The position numbers were made by a program, and so were the translations under genes. A stretch of 64,000 bases of DNA from Antedon mediterranea (taxonomy: Eukaryota; Animalia; Echinodermata): the NCBI RefSeq assembly GCF_964355755.1, contig NC_092671.1, positions 36,838,304-36,902,303 of the forward strand, written 5' to 3'. Positions 35,645 to 49,165 of the stretch are shown in pieces (positions within the stretch are counted from its first letter, which is position 1; the number at the start of each line of letters is the position of its first letter). The notes under the pieces are model-generated. The model saw nothing but the letters and a program-made list of their open reading frames with translations. It was not told the origin of the DNA and ran no database searches.

Positions 35645-38600
35645 ATGGCTGATTCAGATTCTACAACTTTGGTAAATTAAATATGGTTTTCCATTGCTTT
35701 TTAAAATTTGTAAATTTTATAATTAAAATATGATTTTTCAAATATTAATAATAAAATATGCAGTTTATTTATAATTACAATTATTATTTGATTAAAAATT
35801 ACTTAAAAATAAATCATAATTTATATATTAAGTAATAAATATAATCATTCATATGCAAATGTAGTTAAAATATATATATATATTATAATAGATTTCCATA
35901 ATAAACTTATTTTGAAATTGCCTGGAAAAATATGTAAATTATTAGACATCTATTGAAAGAGTTACGACATTCCGTTCATGGAAGTCACGTGGTACACTAC
36001 CGACCATCTTTGTGTCCCAACTATTCCTATGTAGAGTATGGTGTTAAATCCGTTTTATAAAAATGTATACCGTTCACAAGTCTTGAACTATCAAACTAAA
36101 CGCACACAAATAGAGTGTGCTTTGAGCATGCAATATTTTGGACACAAAAAATGGCTTCTAATCCATTCAAAGTCATAACTCTTAAAATATATGGCTCTGT
36201 AAATTATATTTATAGGCTGCCCTAAATTATTACTGTCAAGAGAAGCTATATAATCATATGCAAATTGTAGCAACGGAGGCAATCAAGAAGTATGGCAACG
36301 ATCCCTTGCTTGTCTTCTACCGTGCTTTTAGCTTAGTCCTAGAAGGTAAGTTGTCGTCAAAATCTACGAAAGAAAAAGAGAACTGAGTGACAAAATATAT
36401 CTGGAAAAACTATATCAATTTTCCTAAAAATCAATAGGCATGACGTTCTGTAAGTATACGAAATGTATGTACACCAACATTTTCAGAATGTAAGCGTTCT
36501 CGTGCTAACAAACAAACAAAGCAAGTATTTTACCTGACAAAATTCTATTTAGCCAAGTAAGAAATAAAAGGCAACAGCATACTTTATTTATAGCATTTGT
36601 AAAACATTTAAAACGAAAATACAATAAAGTAGGTAGTTTTCACTTTCATAATACTGAAATTACTAATTAACAGAAAGTATTTGATGTTGTATTTTGAATG
36701 TGTATTCAGGTCGTCTTTCTGAAGGCATGCGAGATCTAGAAACGCTGAAAGATAAATTAGACGTGAACATATGTTCTACGATGGCTCTAATGTACGCTCA
36801 CAAACGCATGAAAACAGTCGGTAAGTGTCACACATATCCTGCTCAGCTGTTATTGGTGTACTAAATAAGAAGTAAATTTGTTGTATATCAGTTTAACTTT
36901 GGCCAAAATAGCTTTACAAAAAATAAGATTGTACCAAAGTATTTAAAATGATGACGATTTGATTTTTTTTCAGATCGCGAGGCTGTACAAGAATTAGATG
37001 CCAAATTAAAAGAAGAAAGGCGCTCAGCAGGAGAAAAGGTTTAGTTTGTTAATAAATTAATTATATAGTATTTATACGTCAAGTAAACGGAAACAATGGT
37101 TTGATTGGTTATCAGTGAATAGTCTTGTTAAGTATCTTTTTTTGTTTGTTTTAGGGCTTACTGTTTGGCGCTACTTTCCTGTGGCATAGTGGTCGTCACG
37201 ACAAAGCGAGGGAGTATGTCGACAGAATGCTTAAAGCGTCACCATCAGCAAAAGAGGTTATATGTCAATATTGATATTAATAACTGTAATAGATTTGTTT
37301 TGATTATAATGGTCTTCATAAAATAAATAAACTGTGAACTGTGTTAATTTTATAATGTCACTGTTCTTCAGGGTCAAATTTTGAAAGGTTGGATTGACCT
37401 AACGAGTGGAAGAGAACCTGCAGTAAAAAAGTCGGGAAAATATTTTGAAGAAGTTTTAAAGTAAGTTGTGAATATAAACTAAAGTAAATTGAAAGATAAG
37501 ATGAATACAATGCATACTATATTAAGCCCTGTGTACACTATCAAACTAGTTTGTGATGTGTGATGTGCCCAAACATGGTAGTGATATGACATCATCATGT
37601 CCATATATGGGCACATCACATTTTTCACATAATGTTTGATAGTGTTACACCTTATTGAAAGTTTCACATTTTCTTTTATCAGGAACTCAAAAGAGCTTGA
37701 AGCATTGCTTGGAAAGACACGTTTTCTTGTAATGCGGCATAATTTCAGTGGCGCCCTCGAGGTTATAAATCAAGCAGTTGTTGCATTTCCTGGTTGTATT
37801 CCAGCTCTTATTGAGAAGATGCGTGTGCAGCTTGCACAGGGTGACTGGGAACAAGCGCTTGACACTGCAAACAGGTATAGTTTTAAAATACTTGAATCAC
37901 AGCCACATACTGAAGCACCTGATCAGAACACTGAAGATGACCCTATGTTTGAATACTGTCTCTTAAAACAGAACACGCTTGAGTCAAATGAATAAAACAA
38001 ACAATATGTTTGAATTGGCTAGTTTTCATGAATGTGGGACATATTAGAACTCAAGAAAAGTCTGGCATTGGGAGAGCTTCTGGTTTTCAGAGAGTCCGGT
38101 ATTGGGAGAGTTAGTTATTAGTAGTAAGAAATTTCTTTTTTATATAATACTGAACCTTGTATTTTGTATCAGAGCATTGAACCAATCCACTCACTGTTTG
38201 GAAGCTGTGCGTGTCAAGATCCTCTACCTCCTAAGTAGAGAGGGTAACTGTGAAGAGGTATGAGTCATTTTATCACACAAACTCATAAAGAAAAATCTGT
38301 ATAGTAATGATGGGTACTCTAAATACTCACCTTTAACAACTGTACATTTTGAGAGTTAAGCTCTGTCTACACTATCAAACTAGTTTGACAAAAAAAGTGT
38401 GATGTGCCCAAATATGGTAGTGATATCCCTAAATATGGTAGTGATATGACATCATCATGTCCATATATGGGCACATCACATTTTTTGTCACATAAAGTTT
38501 GATAGCGTAGACAGAGCTTTAGAAACTATTATAAAAATTGTTTAATCATTAGTATAAAATATTGACCCTAGTGACCCTTGTACTATATTAAAGTCTACTA

Positions 38601-41600
38601 TCTCTGTTATGATAAAGATTTATACATAATTAACATGTTTTATAAAATGTTTTATATTTTGTTTTATTTATAGGCTGCTGACAAACTAGGAGAACTGATT
38701 GAGAAGCTTGACAGATTCGAACCCAAGAACCCACATGCTTATTACAACATGTCATTAGCATTTTGCAGGATGGTAAGGCTTAACTTTATTCATTCTGTGG
38801 AAATTTTCAACATTAAATTCATTAGTATAACACTTTGTAAATGTCTACCAGTACAATGCTATGTCTACACTATCAAACTTCATGTGACAAAAAAATGTGA
38901 TGTCCCCAAATATGGTAGTAATATGCTTAAATATGGTAGTGATAGGACATCATCATGCACATATATGGGCACATTTCACCTATTAAGTTTGATAAGGTAG
39001 ACAGTATTATTTTATAATCTTTATCCTAAATTAACTTGTTGGAATCCACCTTAAGCTCTGTCCATACTACCAAAATTATGTGATGTGTCCATGCTAAAGT
39101 ATGGTAGTGATATGACATCATCATGTCCATATATGGTCACATCACTTGTCGCATAAAGTTTTATAGTGTAGACAGAGCTTTAGGCTAATTGTACTTGCCA
39201 TTTTTTTTTTGTATTTGTCTCACTAATAAATAAATTCCTTGTATCTAGTGCGGACGGCATCCCATTGTATTGCAACAGACCAACACATTACTAGAGCGAA
39301 CTTTGAACTTGGAACCAAATAATGCTGAGTTTGCTACTGAGGCTGCCTATGAACTTCTGCTTCAGAATAAAACACGAGAAGCCATGAAAGGATATCGTCA
39401 TGCAATGAAACTTGATGAAACAAGTGTTACTGCCCTCACTGGTAAGTAAGGTTTATCTTGGTGGTTAAGATTCTTGGCTACCGATCCCAGGGTCCTGGGT
39501 TCAAATCCTGTTAGGATTGTTTTTCATGACAAAAAAAAAACTCTACGCTCAAAGACTTGTAGATGTAGAACAGCAGCACAAAACATACAGTAATACTAGT
39601 GACAACAAACATATTGTTCTTCATGTTTTGGTTTTCTTTATTTCTCAACAGGAATCATAAGATGTCAGCTTATTGAAGATAACTTGGAAGATGCAGAACA
39701 GCAGTTGGAGTTTCTTGGTGAGATCCAAGACTCCATTGGGAAATCTGCAGTAGGTTTACTATTAAACTTCATACTTCTATCATATAAAATCAAAGCATTA
39801 CTTTTCATCTATGCTCTGTCTACACTATCAAACTTTATGTGATGTGCCCATATATAGATACGATGACATCATATCACTACCATATTTGGGCACATCACAC
39901 TTTTTGACAGTGTAGACATAGCTTAAAACATAGAGATATCCTATTCACAGGAAATTATCTACCTGAGATCAGTGTTAGCTAGCAAGAAAAACAAACCAGC
40001 AGAGGATGTGGTGGGTCTATTGAATGAAGCTGTAGAAGTGCACTTTGCTAAGTTCACGGGCACCCCTCTAGGACCTGAGTACTTCACTACACTCAACCCA
40101 GACTTTGTTCTTGAAATGACTAAAGAATACATCAAGTTCGCACCAACAGAGGTAAATTTCTAAGATTCTTAAAATTGTATAAGTAGATGTGGTCTAATGG
40201 AAAGATGCTCACCCTGTAAACAGAATGTCATTTGTTCAAATATGCACTAAGATCAATGAATTATATAAAACATTTCAACAATTATATACTTTTGCATATA
40301 CAGTTGACTCTCCCAATACCGGACACCTTTGGGGTGGCCTAATATTTCTGGTTTTCAGAAAGTCTCATATTTGAAATGTGTTTCTAATTTGGGACCTTTT
40401 GGACCTAAAGAAAAGTCTGGTTTTGGGAGAGTTTCCGGTTTTCAGAGAATTGACTTATATATTATATAAATAGCCACAATTTGACTTAAATATAAGTCTT
40501 TCCTATGCTATGTACCTGGTTTCTCTATTGTTGTTTCTTTTTCTCCTACAGCCTCAGGCACCAGGCCAAGCTGTGTCTCCTCTTCTAAAGCGATGTGCTA
40601 GGATCCTTGAGCCCCTTACCAGAGGTGTACCAGGTCTGTTAGAAGCTCTGTACTTGATGGGTAAGGTTAGGTACCTGTCAGGCCAGGTTGACCAGGCTCA
40701 GAGCAGTCTTCAACACTGCTTGGATCAGAACCCTCAGTATGTTGAGGCTCACTTGTTAATGGCGCAGGTAAATAAAATCCTACTATAATGCTCAATTCTT
40801 GAAACCTTTGTGCTCAAAAGGCTTTTGTAGCGTCTTCTATTTAGTTAGAAAGTATGATTACTACTTAGCACTTGTTGTACACAGCAGGTATGTTTTAGTA
40901 TCCATTTCCAGTATTATATTGTTTTAGTTAATTTAAATAAGTAATAATTTATTTAATTCTTAATTACGGTAATTCTATTTACTTAGCTTCACTTGCAACT
41001 TGGAAACTTCCAACAGTCATCACAGTCACTAGAAATGGCACTAAGTTACAAGTTTGAGGTAAGTATGATACTTAAGATAATAAGTATCTTATTCTGGTAT
41101 TTGAAATTATAAAGTTAAATACAGTAGTATATATTTATTTAAAAAAAATGTAATACTTGTCCAACAGCGAGCACAAACTCGCCAATTACAGGATGGATAA
41201 ACTATTTTATAGTTTATCGTGCTTATAAACCAAGAGGCTTGAAGCTTAGGGAGCGAAGTGAAAGTGAAGAATCGTGAAAGAGAGTTACAACCCTGGCACT
41301 AGGTCAGGATTGAACCCTGGACTTTGAGATTGGAAGGCAAGCATGTTAACCACTAAGCTATAGCTCCACTACATGTATATATATATATATAGTCTATTTT
41401 GTCAGGAAAGTATGAATAACCAAGTCATTTTTTCTAAAATTGACTGTAGGTCCGTGAGATGCCAATCTACCATCTGATCAAGGCAAAAACGTTGAAGAAG
41501 AAGGGTGAATATCAAGAGTGCGTGAAAACACTACAAGCCGCTATGGGTCTGCCTGGTATTCGCAAACGAGGGGGTTCAGCATCAAAGCGTGCCAGACAAG

Positions 41601-44600
41601 TTAAACATCCCGTCAGTCAAAATGACAGAATATCTGTATTCTTGGAACTTGCTGATGCGTACAGGCTAACTAATTCTACAGTAAGTCTTGGCTCAGTCTT
41701 GTTACTATGTGCAGTCAGTCTTTCAACTCATAAACATACGGCCATACAGTTTTGAAACACCGGTTCTCGTCAGATCACCTAAGTCTGGAATCGCGGCAGG
41801 TGCTGTATATAAAAGAGAGTGATGGTGTAATGATAATATTGGACTAGCATGTGATAGGCATGGGTTCGAGCCTATCTATACATACATTACTAACTGTATA
41901 CTGTAGGCAAGATGTAAAGCCATTGGTCCTGTGTACGTAGTGCACGTTAAAGAAGTTAGTACACATTAAAGAACTTGGTACACTATTCGCAATTGGAGGG
42001 ATCGTCTCCCGGTGTGCTAATCTACTGGCTGCCGTGGGTCCGTGGAGATCCTAATCTGAATTTCCTCAGTTAAGCTTGAGGACAAATATAAATACCTTTA
42101 CATTCATTATTGTATAATGATCACAATTACTGTGTTTGAGAGTGCTCTTTCTTATTTATTGCAGCATGAAGCTGCTAAGATTATGCAAGATGCCATAAAT
42201 GAGTTCAGTGGCACACCAGAGGAAGTTCGCATCACTGTTGCTAATGCTGACCTTGCCCTCAATAGGGGTGATGTTGAACATGCACTCACTATGCTTAGAA
42301 ATGTAAAACCAGAGATGAGGTAAACTGTGGAAAATATCAAATTCTGTGTCTGATGCAAAATATGTTCCCTTGTCATTTGTTTTGGAAGTGACAATATCTT
42401 TTGACTAGGTTTTATGCAATGTCCCTAAAACTCTGCTTCTCTAGATGCAATAGTATAAAAGCACATTAAAACAATATAATATTTTAACTGCTTAAAACTA
42501 GTTTGACAAAAAAGGGTGATGTACCCAAATATGGTAGTGATATGCCCAAATATGGTAGTGATATGACATCATTATGTCCATATATGGATATATCGCTTTT
42601 TTGTCACATAAAGTTTGATAGTGTAGACAGAGTTTAAGTTTAATTGGTGTATTTTTTTCAGTTACTATGTCCAAGCAAGAGAGAAGATGGCAGAAATTTA
42701 CCTACATCATCGTAAAGACAAACGTTTATATGCTAGTTGTTACAGGTAATGCACCGTGGATAGATTTTCGTGGCCCTAACACTTTTAAGCTTTGTTTCTC
42801 TCTTTTGTTGTCATGTTCAAGTTCATCAGTGAAATTTATTAACTATAGTATTTTGTCAAACATATCTTCCACAATCCAAGCTACATTATCAGTGTTGGTG
42901 CAAATTGATATTTTAGGATTCCTGGTGAAATTTGTTCTCTTTTTGTTTTTGTATGTTTTGTATAATATGGTTGTGCTATCTGAAATAAAGGAAATGAATG
43001 AATGATATCCATAATTGTTTTTTCAGAGAGCTTCTAGATAAGCACCCAAGCCCTCACACAGCACTGTTGCTTGGTGATGCCTACATGAGTATACAGGAAC
43101 CAGAAAAGGCTATAGAGGTGTATGAACAAGCAATGAAACGTAACCCAAGAGATAGCTCCCTAGCTAGTAAGATTGGACAGGCTTTAGTTAAGACACATCA
43201 GTACGGAAAGGTAGGTTTTTGTTGAAATAAACAGGCCTAGCTGCTATCTTAAGACTTCACAGGAACAGAATTTAAAAACTAAGGCTACTCAATAATATTT
43301 TTTTTAGGCTATAAATTACTACGAATCAGCCATGAAAAATGGAGGACAGGCATTTATGCGGCATGATCTGGGTGAACTATTACTGAAGCTGAGGCAGTAT
43401 GCAAAGGCAGAGAAGATACTCACACAGGCACTTGAACATGACCCATGTAAGACATTTAAATAAAACCTCTATTAAGGGGACACCCTCAGGACCAAATAGT
43501 GTTCTCAATAGGAGGACCCCTTATTAAGGATTGGCCGTACAGATAGTTTTAAAAGACTTATATGACTCTTCCCTCAAATGATTACTTCATTGTATTTATT
43601 ATGCGGTATATTATAGTATTGTGGAAATAAAATAAAATTGAAATTGAAGTGTCCCCTTAATAGAGATGGGTTCAACTATACTATAATGTCAGTTTGTTTA
43701 TGTTCATTTTTTTTATTAAATAGAATTTGAAATGTGTTATATGGTTTTATATAAGCCATTCACAAAATATTATCTACTAACAATATAGAAAAATATAGTA
43801 CAACATTCATATTTGTCTCCTTTTTTAATTTTCAATCTCAGCCAATGATTTAGCTGTGATGGTTGATGACGTAAAGCTATTGATTCTGCTAGCCAAAGTT
43901 CAAGAGAAGAACGGAAAATTGGAAAATGCTTTACTAGCATTGACTAAGGCTAGAGATATGCAAGCTAGAGTTCTTAAGAGGGTTCAAGTAGAACAGCCAG
44001 ATTCACTGCCAACACACAAAGCACAAGCATCTAGGTAAAGTAAAAAAAAAAAAGTCAAAACAGTGGTGTAATAGCTATGAGTGCTCACAGGAAAACACAG
44101 GCATTAAAATATGCCGAAAAGGCTAAAAACGCCCGAGGCCTCCAGCGTTGGAACTTGAAGAGCCACTTAGGTTTCTTAAACCTGCATTACGCCACTGAGT
44201 CAAAAGTATAAATAACAAGAGTTTGTCCGCATATGTTCTAATGCAAAAAAGAATTGGGTTGCAAGGGTCCCTTTAAAGCTTTATTGCCAAACCAATGTGC
44301 TCCAAGTAAATTTTTGCTATGTAGATTAAGAGAACAAACAAATCCTTTAAGGTGCAACCATACTGTGACTGTATTGTTTCATTTTGTATATATTACGGGA
44401 AATAAAAGAAATTTGGATATGATGAAACAGTGAATAAGTGGCCGAGCTCTTAAGGGGAACCGTAATTACATAGCCATAACATTGACAAGGGTCCCACTCC
44501 CTTCATGGTTGTGTCTTCTCTTGTACACCTTTCAAGACGAGTTGGCGGGGGGGAGAACCCCGGTGTACTAACAGTACACACACAGCCACTGATCACATTT

Positions 44601-47600
44601 AAAAGAAAAACAATACATTTAAAAATCTTTTCTTATTAAAGTATTTGTGCACAAATTGGCAAACACCACAGTGATCAAAGAGAATATGACAAAGCAATCA
44701 AACTGTACAAAGAAGCATTGGTATATACAGACAGTGACGGAAAAGCCATGCTAGAGGTTGCCAGGTTGTACCTGCTCCAAGACGATATGGATGCTTGTCA
44801 ACATCAGCTGGTTCAACTGCTACAAAGTGAGACAGAGAATGATGCAGCAACGGTCATGATGGCTGACCTCATGTTCAGGAAAGGAGAGTATGACCAAGCC
44901 ACGTTCCATTTCCAGCAGCTATTAGAAAGATCACCAGGTACTTTTTTAATTTAAAATTAGAATATAAATTATATAGTAAAATATTATAAGTAAAGCAAAA
45001 AATACTATGATACAAGCCTGTAGACAAGCTATTGTAAATGTACTATCCATTTTGAACCAATAAGCGGATCAAATCCGTGCACGATGTGAAAGTAGCTATA
45101 GGGTTTATTAAAGTACATGTCTGGCAAGTCTGTCTAATCATTTTTTCACAAATTGTGGTTTTTGTCTTCGAAAAATGAGGGGACCATTCAAACCCTCCCC
45201 ACCAATTTCACCTGGAACTGCGGAACTGGCCTAATCTACAGTTTCCATTAAGCTCTGTCTACACTATCAAACTTTATGTGACAAAAAAATGATGTGCCTA
45301 TATATAGACATTATGATGGCATACAGTATCACTACCATATTTGGACATATCACTGCCATATTTAGGCACCTGAAACTTGTTTGTCAAACTAGTTTGATAG
45401 TGTAGACAGAGCTTTATGTACATATATTTATTTACTTGAATATACTTTAAATCAGATCATTACGAAGCCATGGAGAAGCTTGTTGATCTGCTGCGAAGGG
45501 CAGGCAAGTTAGAAGATGTTCCTCGTTATTTAGAAATGGCCGAATCATCATCAGCTAAGGCTACAGTTGAACCAGGTTATAACTACTCTAAAGCACTGTA
45601 TGAATGGTAAGTATGTATATATGCTCTTTAGGGTCACCCTCTATAAATAAAGTGAAATAAAAATAAATAAATTAATATAAATCATTGCATACTCATCATT
45701 TAAAGATAATTGCTGTCATCATCTTTATCTTAAGCACTATTATCATACCATGGCATTAGTTAGAAATCACCAAGCTCAACTATTAGTGCCCTAATGGAAT
45801 AATGGTTAAAATTTGTATAGCGCATAATACATATAGTCTCTATGCGCTGTGGACTCAGATGTTACACTTTTTAACTACATGCTTTTCCCATATGGGCCAC
45901 ATCATGTCAGTGCAGCCACTATGATGCGCCTATCATCTGTCTACAACACAGTGGCTGAGTGTGAACTAGTTCACCGGGTAACCCCCTACTCTTCTCGAAA
46001 GAAGTGCACACGAGCTCGATGTGTACACTGGACCTACGGTTTATATTCCTTATCCAAGAAGACTTGTTCTACCACCAGAACCATGGAGCGAGTGAGCCTC
46101 GAACCCTTACCTATGTTATGGCTACGTAATTACGGTTCCACTGTCTTAACCGCTCGGCCACTCACCACCTATTGTGTAATGTTACTATAACTATTGTTTG
46201 TATAGGCACACAGGGAAGCCAAACGATGCCTTGAAGCACTTTAATATGGCACGCAAAGACTCTGACTGGGGCCAGAAGGCAATCCAGAATATGATTGAGA
46301 TCTGTATCAATCCTGATAACAACACTCTTGGTGGAGAAACGTTTGAAACTATGGCGGATGATATGTCGTAAGTATTCACAATCAAACATGTTGAAAAACA
46401 AAACACACAAATAGACTTGTTCAATTCTAGCCCTCAGACAGAAGGTAATTTGCTTTTAATTATAAGGAAATTTACATATGACCTTACCATGTTTAAACCC
46501 TGATTCTCGTCAGGTCACCAAATTTAAGCAACCATCTGGGAATATCGGGTACCACTGGTACCTGGTGGAAAAATAATATGGAAAATAAGCCCATTCCCCT
46601 ATTTTCAGAATGAATTTGAGACTAATCTTAAGTGTATTTTGTGTGCTTTTATAGTAGCGCTGCAGAAAAAGCAGATTCTGAACAGATGGCAGCAAGAACT
46701 GCAGATAAACTTGTTAGAGTAAGTAGAAGTTCATACAATTTGTATAGCAGACTTCACCACTTGAACCAGGGTTTAAGCAGGCAATCGAACAACAGGATGC
46801 TGAGCTCCAAATATCAAAGGGTTTATCTGTGGCTGTGACACGATCAGTTCCACGTCTCTTAACAGACACCACGCACAGTGGAGAATATGTACGTAGTTGT
46901 ACAGTACGTAGTACTGTTGGTATTTTTCACAGCCAAACCTAAGATCAAAGAAGGACTGTTACCAGATCCTATCTTGGGCAAGGCGAGCTCAGTGTCCTGT
47001 TGTTAGATTGCCTTGGTTTAAGAGGCTTTTATTTATTAATTTATTTTTCACTTTATTTTTAGGAGCTGAAACCTCAACCAGGGTCTGATAAGCACGTTAT
47101 GTTGGAGAATTATGTCCTAATGGCAACCAAGTCCAAAACAAACATTGAGAAGGCGCTTTCATCTTTTATGGAGATGGCAACTTCAGAGGTAATGTAGCAA
47201 TATTCAAACAATGACAATAGTTGATGCTACTGGTGATAATATAATATTTTTTAATGATTTTAATGCTTTTTATTGTAATGTTAGAGAGAAAATATCGGAG
47301 CTTTGCTTGGTGTTGCTACAGCCTACATGATGATGAAACAGACTCCACGAGCAAGAAATCAACTTAAGAGGATTGTGAGAATGAATTGGGTTGCACTGGT
47401 AAGCAATAATTCTTAATCTACCAACTGTATGAAGGCTGATAATTTTTAACACATCCATGTCCATTGGAACACCCTATTCATGAACCCTGTCCCTTGAAAC
47501 GAACAAGGACAATATATGTTTTAACACTACAGCTGACCGGTCATTCTCTTACACAGCTCCATCCTTATAGAATACTCTTCCACAATCAAGAATGCTAATT

Positions 47601-48859
47601 CTTTTGCCATCTTCAAACAATTGCTGAAAACCCATCTCTTTCGAATAGCTTAGCATCAAGAGACACCCATATTCAGGACATTTTATTGGGTCCTGAAGTT
47701 GTCCCTTTAATTGGGGTTCTTTTGTAATTTTTTTTTTTAGGATGCTGAGGAGTATGAAAAAAGCTGGTTACTCTTAGCTGATGTATACATTCAATCTGGC
47801 AAGTATGATATGGCCACCGAACTACTTAAAAAATGTCTTCAACATAACAAGGTAATAGTTAATTGCTCTTGTACTATATGATTGCACTCCTCAAATATCT
47901 GTAAAGCTCTGTCTACACTATCAAACTAGTTTGATAAACAAATGTGTTGTGCCCAATTATGGTAGTGGTATGACATCATCATGTCCATATATGGACACAT
48001 TTTTTTGTCACATAATGTTTGATAGTGTAGACAGAGCTTAACACTTGTAATGTGGTAAAAACAACTGTAATTCACTGTCAATGTTTTAAGTTTTTTTATA
48101 AAGATGCTTATTTTTTTGTTTTTCACAGTCATGTTGTAAAGCCTATGAGTACATGGGATTTATCATGGAGAAGGAACAATCTTACAAAGATGCTTCAACT
48201 AATTATGAACATGCCTGGAAGTTTAGCAACAAAAGCAGTCCTACAATAGGTAAGAAACAGTGACGTAGCAGCTATGAACGCTCCCTGGCTAAACTCAGAG
48301 GCCCCGGAGCCCCTCTGAGCAGTGCACTAAAAAACAGGCATGAAAATATGTAGAAAAAGGCTTATAATGCATGAGGCCTCCATCGGTGGGCCACTTAGGG
48401 TTCCCAAACCAGGGGCCCCAGGCCTCTGCGTTAAGCTACTAGTAAGAAAGTTTCAATACATAATAGCATTAGATTTGAGTATTGTGTACAACAGCCAGGA
48501 TCCAGAAATTGTTTAGTGAAAGAGGAGCGCTAACATGTGATATTATTATTCTTTAAAAAATAGATAAATTGTTTATAGTTTCATTTTAGCTTACAGCCCC
48601 TAGCACTCCCCCACACTGAATCTGCCCTATCAGCCTACAAAACATATTAACCTATACTATGTATATTTATTTAAAATCCTAAATTTTCCAAATTCCTCAC
48701 AATCTTCTTGTAGGATACAAGTTAGCGTTTAACTACATGAAGGCACGCAGATATGTGGATGCCATCGATATCTGCCATTTAGTGCTAGCGGATAATCCAA
48801 ATTATCCACGAATGCGGAAGGACATTTTGGACAAGGCACGAAATTCTCTACGAGCTTAA
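35645..48859 (+). CDS. TTC21B: TPR protein TTC21B / IFT139 (IFT-A complex), 29 exons
   Basis: Exons 35645-35671, 36216-36345, 36710-36820, 36974-37038, 37155-37256, 37372-37460, 37683-37874, 38173-38257, 38674-38772, 39249-39441, 39652-39749, 39951-40151, 40552-40767, 40987-41058, 41450-41680, 42165-42319, 42662-42745, 43027-43210, 43308-43446, 43842-44034, 44642-44937, 45456-45606, 46206-46367, 46655-46718, 47063-47188, 47285-47398, 47741-47851, 48129-48249, 48714-48859. Motifs [94 protein letters not shown]. Confidence 0.96.
38359..38518. mobile_element. Reference copy of the abundant PIF/Harbinger (Tourist-like) MITE family
   Basis: TTA|AGCTCTGTCTACACTATCAAAC ... GTTTGATAGCGTAGACAGAGCT|TTA with internal 21-bp GTGATATGCCCAAATATGGTA repeats. 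Other copies or fragments start near 5752, 5978, 6424, 8110, 9044, 12580, 17284, 21410, 21595, 22588, 23384, 24550, 30498, 31218, 32406, 37525, 38860, 39053, 39812, 42494, 45250, 47904, 56654, 57384, 60267, 62424 and 63905. Confidence 0.9.
41160..41372 (-). mobile_element. tRNA-derived SINE
   Basis: The minus strand reads TAGTGGAGCTATAGCTTAGTGGTTAA (A-box)...CCAGGGTTCAATCCTG (B-box)...CCAGGGTTGTAACTC. The body is shared with the copy at 52970-53778. Confidence 0.75.
41735..42097 (+). mobile_element. Composite SINE: 5S rRNA-derived head + tRNA-derived part + Deu-like domain
   Basis: TACGGCCATACA...GAAACACCGGTTCTCGTCAGATCACCTAAGT...GGTGCTGTA (5S with an internal deletion), then GATGGTGTAATG...GGGTTCGAGCC (tRNA A/B boxes), then GATGTAAAGCCATTGGTCC...GCACGTTAAAGAA...CCCGGTGT. 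Confidence 0.7.
44061..44197. mobile_element. hAT-type MITE with 8-bp TSD
   Basis: AGTCAAAA|CAGTGGTGTAAT ... ATTACGCCACTG|AGTCAAAA. Confidence 0.85.
45766..46170 (-). mobile_element. tRNA-derived Deu-domain SINE
   Basis: The minus strand reads TGGCCGAGCGGTTAAGAC...GGGTTCGAGGC...GTCTTCTTGGATAAGGAATATAAACCGTAGGTCC...GCACTTCTTTCGAGAAGAGTAGGGGGTTACCCGG, with a 3' hairpin AGCGCATAGAGAC...TATGCGCT. Confidence 0.75.
46766..47021. mobile_element. MITE with inverted termini
   Basis: AGGCAATCGAACAACAGGATGCTGAGCTC ... GAGCTCAGTGTCCTGTTGTTAGATTGCCT. Confidence 0.6.
48258..48441. mobile_element. hAT-type MITE (same family as 44061-44197) whose 8-bp TSD is the splice donor
   Basis: GTAAGAAA|CAGTGACGTAGC ... 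TTAAGCTACTA|GTAAGAAA. Internal similarity to the 44061 copy (GCTATGA, AGGCA..AAAATATG..GAAAA, GAGGCCTCCA, GCCACTTAGG). Confidence 0.75.
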
Positions 48860-48974
48860 TTAACAAGCAAGCTACACACGATGACCAAAGAGGCATTTCA
48901 TAACTACAAAATGGATACAACCAGATCATTGTAAAAGCTCATTATAACTTTATTTTAACCTGATAAACACCAGT

Positions 48975-49128
48975 GGCTGTATTCACCAATCACACTTAAG
49001 TGAGATGTTTCCCCTTAATATTAAGTGTTTCACTTAACTCAATAAATATTTCCCTTAAATTTTATTCACTTAGATAGGAGATTTGTAAGTGTTTCCCTAA
49101 GCCTAAGTGTGAATGGTGAATACGGCCA
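48975..49128. mobile_element. Palindromic MITE downstream of the TTC21B stop
   Basis: GGCTGTATTCACCAATCACACTTA ... TAAGTGTGAATGGTGAATACGGCC. Confidence 0.65.
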
Positions 49129-49165
49129 CAGGCTCATAATTAAAATGTAATGACTAACAGAAAAC

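Noticed and set aside
41735-41810. Functional 5S rRNA gene
   Set aside because: The central ~40 nt including the internal control region is missing, and the segment is fused to SINE sequence.
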